A stretch of DNA of 64,000 nucleotides from an uncultured Spirochaetota bacterium (GCA_963783575.1 CAWAOD010000014.1:256001-320000), one strand, 5' to 3'; counted from the first letter of the stretch, positions 39,539-49,183 are shown. The notes: generated by a model not told the origin, from the letters alone. Program-made: numbers and translations.

Positions 39539-41065
39539 ATGGGTCTTATTTTTAAAATAGCATGGCGGAATATTCTCCGTCATAAGGGAAAAAGCATCAT
39601 CATCGGAATGATACTTTTCCTTGGAGCCCTTATAATGACTGCGGGAAATGCGGTTATATCAGGAATGGATAAAGGACTTCAGGAAAATATAGTCAATAGA
39701 TTCACTGGCGACATTGTTCTGATAGCCACAAACCAAAAAGATGAAGCCGTAGTTGCGGGCGGGATGATGGCGGGGACTGAAATTATCTCAGGTTATACAA
39801 ATGTAAAAAAATTGATGGAGAGCCAGGATTATATAAAGGACTTCATTCCGGTTTGCCGCGGTTTTACAATGGTTTTGAACGAAAAAGGAGATATGGGATT
39901 TACGGCGCTTCTGGGAGTGGATATTGAAAGATACCAGAAAATGTTTCATTCAAATATAATAGTTGTTGAAGGAAGCGCCTTAAGCGATGGGGATCGCGGA
40001 ACAATGGTTACTACAGGCGGACGCAGCAGAATGTATGATGGTATGGACGTATGGCTGACGCCATTCGGAACTCCATTCATTGCAAGCAACCTTACAGCGT
40101 CAGCAAAATCAAATATAAACAATCTGAACATCCAATCAAATGTTGTACTGATGGGCATGAGCGCAGACGGATCGCAGCAGGATATCCGCGTTCCGGTAAA
40201 AGGCGTAATGAAATACCGATATCTGAATAATTTCTGGGAGTCTTACAGTATTCTGGACATTGAGTCATTCAGGGATTGTTTCGGGTATGTGACCGCTGCC
40301 GATTCTACAATAAAGCTCAATAAAGAACAGGCAAATATATTGTCAAATGATGAAAATCTTGACAGTTTATTCGGCGGCAATGTAATCCAGAAGGTTGATA
40401 CAAAATCACAGGCTATAAAAGTCGGTTCTCTAAAGAGGGAATATAAAACAAATAATGTAAAAGTAGATATTGAAAATGGGATTTATAACCTTGTTTTTGT
40501 GAAACTTAAAAACAGCAATCAGGAAAGGAAAGATCTTATTAAGCTTAACACTGCTTTGAGCAATTCACATTTAAGTGCGAAGGCCATCAGCTGGAAAAAG
40601 GCGGCGGGGACTATCGGTGATACTGCTGCTATTATGAAAGGCGCTTTGAACGGATTTGTATTTTTCATATTTTTTGTCGCGATTATAATAATTACAAATA
40701 CCCTTTCAATGGCGGCGCTTGAAAGAACAAATGAAATCGGTATGATGAGAGCCGTAGGAGCACGAAAGGACTTTATTGGGACGATGTTTATGGCCGAAAC
40801 ACTGGTTTTATCTGCCGTATTCGGAGGTATAGGAATAATTGTCGGAATTGGAGCTACAAACATTTTGGCGGCCGTAAATATTTCTGCGGGTACAAATGAT
40901 GCACTACAGCTATTTTTCGGAGGCGATGTTTTCCATCCGATTTTAAACTGGCTGGATATTCTTACCGGAGTTATTGAGCTGGGAATTGTTACACTGATTG
41001 CCGCGGCTTACCCGCTTGTCGTCGCTAGAAAAATCACGCCCCTGGAAGCAATAGCCAGAGACTGA
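39539..41065 (+). CDS. ABC permease, FtsX/LolE/MacB type
   Basis: KIAWRNILRHK, large periplasmic domain, ERTNEIGMMRAVGA, AYP..ARKITPLEAI. Confidence 0.88.
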   Translation: MGLIFKIAWRNILRHKGKSIIIGMILFLGALIMTAGNAVISGMDKGLQENIVNRFTGDIVLIATNQKDEAVVAGGMMAGTEIISGYTNVKKLMESQDYIKDFIPVCRGFTMVLNEKGDMGFTALLGVDIERYQKMFHSNIIVVEGSALSDGDRGTMVTTGGRSRMYDGMDVWLTPFGTPFIASNLTASAKSNINNLNIQSNVVLMGMSADGSQQDIRVPVKGVMKYRYLNNFWESYSILDIESFRDCFGYVTAADSTIKLNKEQANILSNDENLDSLFGGNVIQKVDTKSQAIKVGSLKREYKTNNVKVDIENGIYNLVFVKLKNSNQERKDLIKLNTALSNSHLSAKAISWKKAAGTIGDTAAIMKGALNGFVFFIFFVAIIIITNTLSMAALERTNEIGMMRAVGARKDFIGTMFMAETLVLSAVFGGIGIIVGIGATNILAAVNISAGTNDALQLFFGGDVFHPILNWLDILTGVIELGIVTLIAAAYPLVVARKITPLEAIARD

Positions 41066-41098
41066 CAAAGTTAATCCATGAATTAATTTATTCTATGG

Positions 41099-42859
41099 AT
41101 GGAGGAAAATATGGGATTAATATTTAAGATAAGTTTAAGAAATCTGCTCAGGCAGAAAAGAAGGAATATACTCCTTGGAATAGCAATTGCATTCGGAATG
41201 ATGATTCTTGTTCTTGCAAATTCATTCTCCAGGGGACTTTCCGATATGATTTTCAATAAAATGCTGGTTTATTCAATGGGGCATATTAATGTCTCGGTAA
41301 TCGAAGGCGGCAAAAGCCGAGAGGGGATTATCAGGGATAAAGACCGGTTCATAAGTATTATAACAAATAATGCCAAAAATGTGCTACAGGTAAACCAGCT
41401 TATTGCCATGTATACAAGAGTAATAGGCAACGGCAGGGCGGATATGATGGCAATTGTCGGAATGCCCATGTCGAATGGAATTGAATATCTCAAAGGAGAA
41501 GTAAAAACAGGAAATATTTATGACTTCACAAATAAAAACATAGAAAATCCTATTATCGTTTATGAAAATAAAGCTAAAGATTTGAATGTAAAAGTCGGTG
41601 ATTACTTGAATTCACGTACGACAACGATTAACGGCCAGGTCCAGACTGCACGTTTTACTTTAGTAGCAATAATGAAAAGCGCTAATCTAATGCAGAGTAT
41701 GGCGGCTTATACACCGCAGGACAACCAGAAATTGATTCTTGGTTATAGAAAGTATGAATCTGGGCCCCTGCAGGTTGTTTTCCGTAAAATGGAAAATCCA
41801 AAGATAGCCGTAACAGAGGCCGATAAGATCCATAAAGCATTGAAACCGCAATTAGCCTTAATTTACGGCAATGCAGTTAAGGGAGGAATTTCTATACAGG
41901 CCACTACTCTATCCTACTTTACAAATACAAATGCGATGACAATTATATCAAACAACATTAAGCCGGTTTCAGGTTCAATTGTTCAGGCTACAAACGGCAG
42001 TAATGTTATGATGAGTCTTGGGCTTGCAGAGAAACTGAATTTAAAGGCGGGCGACAAATTTGAAGATATTTACAGGAACAGGTTTGATGGAATTATGACC
42101 ACAAACTCTTACATTGTTGCCTGCATTTTTAATCCCGGTAAAATATTGGGCCAGGATGTAATCCTTGTCCCGGAGCAGAATTTCTATCCGGGTTATTATC
42201 AAAACCTTCCGCCGGTTGCATCAACTTATACAAATGCTGAAATACCTTTGGCCAGCAGTGTTCTTTATCCCGCTCTGGCAACGGAATGGAAGCTTTTGCC
42301 CAGGACAAAAACCTCGGATGAATACCAGAAAAAGATTCAAAAAGTAACAAAGGAAAAATGGGAAGGAGCTTATGTGGACGTTAGTTCTATGTATGAAATT
42401 GCAAGTTTCATACTTCAGCTTGAGGCTGCTTTGAATATGATCTCTATTATCGCAGTGATTATTCTTTTTTTCATAATACTCATAGGTGTTGTTAATACTC
42501 TGCGTATGACAGTGAGGGAAAGAACCAGGGAAATAGGAACTATAAGGGCGATTGGAATGCAGAGAAAGGATGTAAGAAACACATTTATTATGGAGACATT
42601 TCTTCTGACATTGCTCGCGAGCATTGCGGGGATAATAACCGGTTTCATAATTATGGGACTTTTTTCATTCTGGAAAATTGAAACTGATAGTATTTTTTCA
42701 ATTTTCCTGATAAATAAGCATTTAAATTTTGTACCGAAATTCACAAGCATATTGAGTTATCTTATTGTAATTCTATTAATCGGCGTAATGACAGCTTTCT
42801 TCCCGGCGAGAAAAGCAGCAAAAATGTCATCTGCAGAAGCCCTGAGGCATTATGAGTAA
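41099..42859 (+). CDS. ABC permease, FtsX/LolE/MacB type
   Basis: KISLRNLLRQKRR, ERTREIGTIRAIGM, FPARKAAKMSSAEALR. Confidence 0.88.
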   Translation: MEENMGLIFKISLRNLLRQKRRNILLGIAIAFGMMILVLANSFSRGLSDMIFNKMLVYSMGHINVSVIEGGKSREGIIRDKDRFISIITNNAKNVLQVNQLIAMYTRVIGNGRADMMAIVGMPMSNGIEYLKGEVKTGNIYDFTNKNIENPIIVYENKAKDLNVKVGDYLNSRTTTINGQVQTARFTLVAIMKSANLMQSMAAYTPQDNQKLILGYRKYESGPLQVVFRKMENPKIAVTEADKIHKALKPQLALIYGNAVKGGISIQATTLSYFTNTNAMTIISNNIKPVSGSIVQATNGSNVMMSLGLAEKLNLKAGDKFEDIYRNRFDGIMTTNSYIVACIFNPGKILGQDVILVPEQNFYPGYYQNLPPVASTYTNAEIPLASSVLYPALATEWKLLPRTKTSDEYQKKIQKVTKEKWEGAYVDVSSMYEIASFILQLEAALNMISIIAVIILFFIILIGVVNTLRMTVRERTREIGTIRAIGMQRKDVRNTFIMETFLLTLLASIAGIITGFIIMGLFSFWKIETDSIFSIFLINKHLNFVPKFTSILSYLIVILLIGVMTAFFPARKAAKMSSAEALRHYE

Positions 42860-42901
42860 AAACAAATTTAAGACGGCTATTATTTTATTTAGGAGAAAAT
42901 T

Positions 42902-43675
42902 ATGAAAATAACTATTAAAAGTATATATGTAATGCTGATTATGTTTCTGGCAGTGTTTAACCTATGGTCTCTTCCTCAGGTAATGGACATAGTAAAACAG
43001 ATTGATGACCACCAGCATCTGGGTTCCGACATTTCCGCAAAGGCGGTTCTTACTCAGCAGAAAGTCGGACAGGGAATTAAAATATTTGAATCAATCTATT
43101 ACAGACGTGATAAAGATGATTCTTTTCTTATTGTAATGACAGCCCCGGATTCTGAAAAAGGCAATGGTTATCTGCGCGTGGGAGATAATTTCTGGATGTA
43201 CCGTCAAAATACAAGAACTTTCCAACATATCAACAGAGATGAAAGTATAAGTGGAACCGATGCAAAAGGCGGTGATCTTGAAACAAGAAAACTTGCCGAT
43301 CTGTATAAACCGGAAGTTGATACAAACAATAAGGAAACCCTTAATGAAGAAATGCTGGGTAAAAAAGAGGTTTATAAATTTACACTTATAGGAAAAGTAA
43401 ATGATGTGACATACCCGAAGCAGATTTATTGGGTCGAAAAATCGACTTTTCTTCCTCTTAAAATTCAATCTTATTCATTATCCGGCACATTAATGCAGTC
43501 GTCATATTACCCGAAATATACAATTGTAAGTGAGAAGTATGTTTTGCTCCAGGGTATTTTTGTTGATGAATTTGAAAAGGGTAATAAAACGATTCTGGAT
43601 CTTTCCGGAATATCATTAACATCAATTGAGGATTCGGTATTTACAAAGGGCTATCTTGAAAATTTGAGTAAATAA
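42902..43675 (+). CDS. Outer membrane lipoprotein-sorting (LolA-like) protein
   Basis: Signal peptide; APDSEKGNGYLRVGDNFWMY, SISGTD, YPKQIYWVEK, FTKGYLE. Confidence 0.8.
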   Translation: MKITIKSIYVMLIMFLAVFNLWSLPQVMDIVKQIDDHQHLGSDISAKAVLTQQKVGQGIKIFESIYYRRDKDDSFLIVMTAPDSEKGNGYLRVGDNFWMYRQNTRTFQHINRDESISGTDAKGGDLETRKLADLYKPEVDTNNKETLNEEMLGKKEVYKFTLIGKVNDVTYPKQIYWVEKSTFLPLKIQSYSLSGTLMQSSYYPKYTIVSEKYVLLQGIFVDEFEKGNKTILDLSGISLTSIEDSVFTKGYLENLSK

Positions 43676-43698
43676 TAAATATTTATAAACAAAATATG

Positions 43699-43721
43699 AA
43701 GGGCTGGGCTTTCCAGCCCTT
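43699..43721 (+). terminator. GC-rich hairpin (terminator- or REP-like) just upstream of the IS insertion site
   Basis: AAGGGCTGG-gcttt-CCAGCCCTT followed by TAAT. Confidence 0.55.
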
Positions 43722-43756
43722 TAATATAATATATAAGGAGGTGGTATGATAAAAAA

Positions 43757-43921
43757 GGTTGAAAAATAAAAGAGCCCGCATCAAAATAGATGAGGGCTCT
43801 GAATAGGACAAAGATCGAATCAATTTGTGGGGATAAACCCCGTTAGGAGTATGATCGAATCCTTGTCCGAACCACCATTTTGAGGATAAACCTCGTATTG
43901 GAGTATGGTAATTTTTCAACC
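43757..43921 (+). ncRNA. Putative IS110 bridge/seek RNA
   Basis: Closing stem GGTTGAAAAAT/ATTTTTCAACC; 5' hairpin 43771-43800; two internal-loop arms, each capped by GG-ATAAA-CC and containing GGAGTATG; loop sequences match the insertion junctions. Confidence 0.75.
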
Positions 43922-43977
43922 GGATTAATATACCACTAAAAGATTCAGGCCTCCCAAATAAATTAGGGAGGAAAACG

Positions 43978-44988
43978 ATGGACGCAAAAAAGTGGATCGG
44001 AATTGATATCCACAAAAAGCAAATTACCGTTTGCATTATTATAGAAAACGGTAAAAAATCAATCAAGCAATATGAGAGAAATGAAAAAGAATTAGCGGAA
44101 TTTGAGAAAGAGATTGACAAAGAAACGATAATCGGGATTGAATCGACAAACTGGACATGGGATTTAATCAAACGGTTAAAAGATAAAGCAAAAGATGCGG
44201 TTATTTTCAATACTATTGATTTAAAAAGATTAATGGATCGATTTAAAAAAACAGACAAGGAAGATGCAGAAAGAATGGCGATTATATTACAAAGATTTGA
44301 AAAAGAAGAGCTAAGTACCTGTCAGATAAGAAGCGACGAAGACGCTGAAATAAGAGGATTATTATCTGTGAGGGAAGAAATGGTTAGCAATAAGAAAAGC
44401 TATAAGACAAAGATAATAGCGATGATGGAGTATTGGGGGATTAAAACCGGAGACAAAATGTTCAACAATTTTGAAAAGAACACAAACTAGGTCAAAGAAC
44501 AAAACATACCTGAGAGTATAAAGAGAGCCGTAATCCAGATGTATGTTATGTTAGAAAATCTCAAAGAAGACATTAAGGTACTGGATAAAGAAACAGAAGC
44601 CTTAAGCATAAAGAGACCCGGATATAATGAGATTAAAGAATTAACGGGAATAGGCACAACAACCGGCGCATACATCATAACGAAGGTAGGCAATATAGAC
44701 CGCTTTAGTACCTCAAAAAAATTTGTATCATATATGGGATTAGCACCAAGAGTTAGTGAAAGTGACGGAAAAGGAACAAATGGTCAAATTACACGAAAAG
44801 TAGACGGTGCTTTTTTAAGGGTCATAGTACAAGCAGCCTGGGTTCGTGTGAGATATGATAAAGAAATGAAATCGTTTTATGAGAATATTCGAACAAGAAG
44901 AGGAAAACAAAAAGCGATCATTGCAGTAGCGAGAAAAATTATTGTGGAAGTATATTATAAGTTGTTGAATCTGAAATCTGAGGCTTGA
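43978..44988 (+). pseudogene. IS110-family transposase/recombinase (336 codons) with one in-frame TAG at 44488-44490
   Basis: WIGIDIHK, IGIEST, KKTDKEDA (DEDD); ORF 44539 is in the same frame with GIG..GNIDRFSTSKKFVSYMGLAPRVSES and KAIIAVARK. Confidence 0.88.
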
Positions 44989-45028
44989 ATCTTAAAATAA
45001 AACTTGACAAATTACATAGGAGTTAATT

Positions 45029-46453
45029 ATGTTTAATAAATCAATATTTTTAATATTTTTTGTTTTAATTGTCACAGGGTATTCATTCTCACAGGATAAT
45101 GTCGACGAATCAAGTCTTTTCGGCGATACAAGCTCGGTTGTCTCAAACAACCAGATAATAAATAATACAGTAACTTCAAATATTGATAAGGAATCGGTTG
45201 CTTTCACGGGAAGCATTATGAGTACGGGGCTTTATTCAATGACAAGAGACTGGGTAAATGGCATTACTAATACCGATTTAAACCAGCTTCAAACATATAT
45301 GCAGGGTAACCTTTTTCTTGATGTAAGACTTACAAAAGGTTTTAAAGCTTTCGCGAATATTGAGGCATTCTATACCTCTCAGGGGCAATTGACTCCTCAT
45401 TATTTTTCCGGTTTATCATTACAAACAAATATCATCACAAATTATGGACCGGCAATAACAAATGTTTCATTATCTACAAATAACATTACTTATTATGAAA
45501 CAAACAATACAATTCTTAGCCTGAAAGAATTCTTTGTGGATGGAAATATCAATCACGCGGCTTACATACGCGCGGGGAAACAGGTTGTTCAATGGGGAGT
45601 TAACTATTTCTGGAATCCGACAGATTTAATAAACATACAAAAAAAGACTTTTACGGATTTGAACAATTACAGGGACGGGAGTTATGGAATGAAAATCCTT
45701 GTTCCTTTTGGAACTGTAATTAACTTATACAGTTTTATAGATTTTACGGATATTCATGATCTGGAAGACACTGCTATTGCTGGAAAATTTGAATTCCTTA
45801 TTGCAAACACAGAATTTTCACTATCAGCCTGGGCAAAACGGAATAATCTTCCTGTGTATGGTTTTGATTTTTCAACAAGATTGTTTACCATAGATATATC
45901 CGGGGAAGCCAGCCTCTCTTACGGCGATAATGGAAAGCTATTGGATCTTAATAATCCGGTTGTTATTAAAAACTATGGACAGACGACTACAAACTATAAT
46001 TTAACACAGATTACAAATACCCTGGTTCCAAAATTCAGCCTTGGATTATCCAGGAGCTTTGATTTTATGAATATCAGCGACAGGATAACAACCCGGCTTG
46101 AGTTTTTTTATAACGGGGCTGGTTATGACAGCAATATTTTAAACGATCCGTATAAGAGATACTCTCTTTTGCAGCAATATAATCTTTACCAGCCTAATTA
46201 TCTTTCAAAATATTATATATCGTTGTTTACAACTTATAACGAATTTATTATACCTGATATGACATTTGCTTTTAACGGGATTATGAATCTTGTCGATTAT
46301 TCTTCAACACTTTATGGCACAATCAGCTATAACCCGCTTTATGATTTTACAATCAGCCTTAATATTTTCGGTTATACTGGGGCGACAAACTGCGAATATA
46401 CATTACAGGGTAATACGCTGGCCGCGAGCATTGTTGCAACCATGACCTTCTGA
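45029..46453 (+). CDS. Putative outer-membrane beta-barrel protein of the ABC/LolA-like operon
   Basis: Signal peptide, DESSLFGD, LKEFFVD..IRAGKQVVQWG..FWNPTDLIN, alternating beta strands, C-terminal Phe. Confidence 0.7.
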   Translation: MFNKSIFLIFFVLIVTGYSFSQDNVDESSLFGDTSSVVSNNQIINNTVTSNIDKESVAFTGSIMSTGLYSMTRDWVNGITNTDLNQLQTYMQGNLFLDVRLTKGFKAFANIEAFYTSQGQLTPHYFSGLSLQTNIITNYGPAITNVSLSTNNITYYETNNTILSLKEFFVDGNINHAAYIRAGKQVVQWGVNYFWNPTDLINIQKKTFTDLNNYRDGSYGMKILVPFGTVINLYSFIDFTDIHDLEDTAIAGKFEFLIANTEFSLSAWAKRNNLPVYGFDFSTRLFTIDISGEASLSYGDNGKLLDLNNPVVIKNYGQTTTNYNLTQITNTLVPKFSLGLSRSFDFMNISDRITTRLEFFYNGAGYDSNILNDPYKRYSLLQQYNLYQPNYLSKYYISLFTTYNEFIIPDMTFAFNGIMNLVDYSSTLYGTISYNPLYDFTISLNIFGYTGATNCEYTLQGNTLAASIVATMTF

Positions 46454-46619
46454 CAGGCTTCAAATATTTACAAATATTGTTCTCGATTTAATCCGTTTGC
46501 TAAAAATTTTACAATTATTTGCAAAATTAATAAATAATAATATAATGTAACAAAATATTTTTTTTGTATGTATATTTATATAATTATCCTTTACTAAATT
46601 AAAATATTTGGAGGTTATT

Positions 46620-47408
46620 ATGAATTTAAGAAGAAACATTTGTTTTTCTGGTTTGTTAATCGTTATGGGTATTTTCTTAGTAATTTTTTCCGGTTGTCCC
46701 ACTTCGCCGGGATCTTCCTCCAGTTCAACATCTACTTCGTCAACAAGTTCTTCGTCCATACCATTATCCAGCAACCCGCCCTTTATAATTAATGCGAGTT
46801 TTTTGACTTATAGCGGAACCGGCTTGATTTTAACTGGAGAACCCAATCAAGTAAGTTTAAGTTCAACTAATGGTAATATCTATAATTTTTCCAGTGATAA
46901 AGTGTCCTTAAATGGTTCTCCGTTAGTATATAGCAATAATACACATTATTTGTTTATATTAACAAACAGTGTTACTATTGCATCAGGCGGTGTCGTTACG
47001 GTCAGTGTAATAGATTCCGGCACCAATTACAATATTACCGGGACGAATTTTACAAGTTATCCGTCTGTCAGCGTTCCCTTATCGAATGCGTCATGGTATG
47101 TTTCAGGTTCTACGAATTTTCTCATATCATGGTCCGGCGGCGCCCCCACCCAAGGAGCCGGTTATTGGGCATTTGTGGAGGATACTAACAACCAAATCAC
47201 ATATTACGGCTTTAGCAGTAATAATGGGCCTATTAATTTACCAATAACCACAACCAATCTAAATGTCCCAGTATCCGCATTCAGCAACGCCAGTAAACCT
47301 TTGCCATTAATGATTATAGTTGCAATTGTGTCGACGAATTTAGGTGATACAACTGTGACAGGTGTATATTTAGGGAATATTGTTACCGTTCCTATAACAC
47401 TTCAATAA
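46620..47408 (+). CDS. Lipoprotein with Ser/Thr-rich tether and beta-rich domain
   Basis: GGAGG RBS before ATG 46620; lipobox IFSG-C; PGSSSSSTSTSSTSSSS linker. Confidence 0.75.
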   Translation: MNLRRNICFSGLLIVMGIFLVIFSGCPTSPGSSSSSTSTSSTSSSSIPLSSNPPFIINASFLTYSGTGLILTGEPNQVSLSSTNGNIYNFSSDKVSLNGSPLVYSNNTHYLFILTNSVTIASGGVVTVSVIDSGTNYNITGTNFTSYPSVSVPLSNASWYVSGSTNFLISWSGGAPTQGAGYWAFVEDTNNQITYYGFSSNNGPINLPITTTNLNVPVSAFSNASKPLPLMIIVAIVSTNLGDTTVTGVYLGNIVTVPITLQ

Positions 47409-47475
47409 GGATTTTGTTCAATTTGAGAATATTAGAATACCATGAATATGACCAGGGTACTAAGTTGATATAACT

Positions 47476-49164
47476 TTATAAAGAGCTGTGATGTATAAGA
47501 TCGTAGAAATTCTTCCATTCGCCGGAGTTAAAGAATTTATTTAAAAATATTTGTATCTCGGTTCTCAGGCCGTTCCGTGATATTATAATTGATGAGAGAA
47601 TTTCATTCAATATAGACTTTGTTTTTAAATCGATCTCCTGCAATTCGTTCTTTTTGATTAATTCAATAGTATAATTCTCCAGAAAAAAAGTATCGACAAA
47701 GTTTCCCAATAAATCCTGAACCGACGGTAAAAAATCGGCAATGATACGGATATTTTTATCCAGGAACGGAGAAAAAAATTCTACGGAATAGCGCAGCCTT
47801 TTAAATTTGATCCTTAGTTTATGAATTCTTTTATCCAGAATTTTAATATTTCTCGATTTTAATTGAGCGCTGTCTCCAGAGGTTTTTACGATCTTATTCG
47901 AGAAATTAAGGATTTCATCAGAGGTTTTTTTTAAAAAATCAACTGCAAAACTCTCTATTTTATTGTCTGATATACTTTTAAAATCTTTTCGAAAAAATTG
48001 GTTTTGTTCTATATCTTGCATTTTTTGCTTAAAATATAAGTATCGCCTTGATTTAAAAAAATTCTTCATTTTTTTTCTTCTTTCATCAAGCATACTTTTC
48101 AGAATTTGTTCTAAAAAAACAATGATACTGGTGTTTTTATTAAATGAAGCGGCTGTTATGAACTCCTGGTATTTTATGAAATAAACATCAAGGTCCCTGA
48201 CAGCGCCTAGTATTTCTGCGATTTTTTCAAAGTTATTTTTTAAGTATGTATAAAATCTGTAAGTCATTGTGTAACGGAAACTTTTTAAAGCTGTTCTGAT
48301 CTTACGAACAGCTACACGCATATCATGAACAAATTCACTGTCTATACCTATCGCAGCGCCGATCTCATTTTGTAACGCGATTTGAAAATAATGATTTAAT
48401 AAAATGGGAAAAACCTTGCTACAAGTTAAATCTTTATCAAATTCCAATTTTTTCATTTTTTTGAAAGAGAGATTGAAGTATGAAATTGTTTTTTCAAGTT
48501 TATTTTTTTCAGAAGGAGTAAGATGATACTCTTTGATCAACTTATTTCCAAAAGAATTGAATAAGTCGATTTCATGGGTTGATAACGAATAATTGACTTT
48601 CTTATCCTTACGGGTTTCAATCAATTCAAGTTCCAGCTCCAGAAATTTGAAAGAGTTTTCTCCTTGTAATTGCAATGATTGAGCAGTAGAATCATCAAAT
48701 GATAATTCGCATATTATAGAATTTTCGGTGATTTGATCGGATGAATTATATGTAATTTTCCATTTTCGGCGATTATTGTTAATTTTTACAATTGGTGCAA
48801 TGTTCTCGGATAAAATATAACCGAACTCATTCATAAAAAATGACTTAATTTTTTCTTCTGCTATAATATCGTTAAGGATTATATTTTCTTCCCGGAAAAC
48901 CTGCCATTCAAATCTATCGAAAAAAACAGATGATTTTTTTTTCTGCTGTAATTTGACCTCAATGACTGTTGAGTTGCCTGTAATTCGTTTTCTGCAGCCA
49001 AAGCCGGCCAGGAAAAGTCTACCGTCAGAAGTATCATAATAAAGATCTTCCTGTTCTTTAATTCCCAAGTAATTAACTGACAGGTGAATGTCTTTTTCAA
49101 GAAATTTAATAAAATCATCAGAATTAAAATCTGGCTTTATATCAAATTTAAACTCTTTTTCCAC
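47476..49164 (-). CDS. CYTH plus CHAD domain protein
   Basis: MEKEFKF, DLYYDTSDGRL, CRKR, ELELEL (CYTH); VHDMRVAVRKIR, LGAVRDLDV, HKLRIKFKRLRYSVEFF, QDLLG (CHAD). Confidence 0.88.
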   Translation of the reverse strand: MEKEFKFDIKPDFNSDDFIKFLEKDIHLSVNYLGIKEQEDLYYDTSDGRLFLAGFGCRKRITGNSTVIEVKLQQKKKSSVFFDRFEWQVFREENIILNDIIAEEKIKSFFMNEFGYILSENIAPIVKINNNRRKWKITYNSSDQITENSIICELSFDDSTAQSLQLQGENSFKFLELELELIETRKDKKVNYSLSTHEIDLFNSFGNKLIKEYHLTPSEKNKLEKTISYFNLSFKKMKKLEFDKDLTCSKVFPILLNHYFQIALQNEIGAAIGIDSEFVHDMRVAVRKIRTALKSFRYTMTYRFYTYLKNNFEKIAEILGAVRDLDVYFIKYQEFITAASFNKNTSIIVFLEQILKSMLDERRKKMKNFFKSRRYLYFKQKMQDIEQNQFFRKDFKSISDNKIESFAVDFLKKTSDEILNFSNKIVKTSGDSAQLKSRNIKILDKRIHKLRIKFKRLRYSVEFFSPFLDKNIRIIADFLPSVQDLLGNFVDTFFLENYTIELIKKNELQEIDLKTKSILNEILSSIIISRNGLRTEIQIFLNKFFNSGEWKNFYDLIHHSSL

Positions 49165-49183
49165 AAAGACCCGCGTAAATTTT

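Larger units (their letters stand above)
43736..45022 (+). mobile_element. IS110-family insertion sequence bounded by AGGAG direct repeats
   Basis: DEDD recombinase; AGGAG at 43736-43740 and 45018-45022; -10 TATGAT (43745) in the left end and -35 TTGACA (45004) in the right end; no terminal inverted repeats; interrupts the lolA-like/OMP operon. Confidence 0.9.

Noticed and set aside
43806..43909. Duplicated GGATAAACC..GGAGTATG motif as a mini-CRISPR
   Set aside because: Only two imperfect copies, better explained as the two arms of the IS110 RNA
43683..44258. 191-aa minus-strand ORF across the IS left end
   Set aside because: Antisense to the transposase and structured RNA, crosses the element boundary, and has no motifs
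45004..45032. Hybrid outward promoter from the IS -35 box driving the barrel gene
   Set aside because: The hexamer at 17-nt spacing (TTATGT) is weak and overlaps the start codon, so the transcript would lack the RBS
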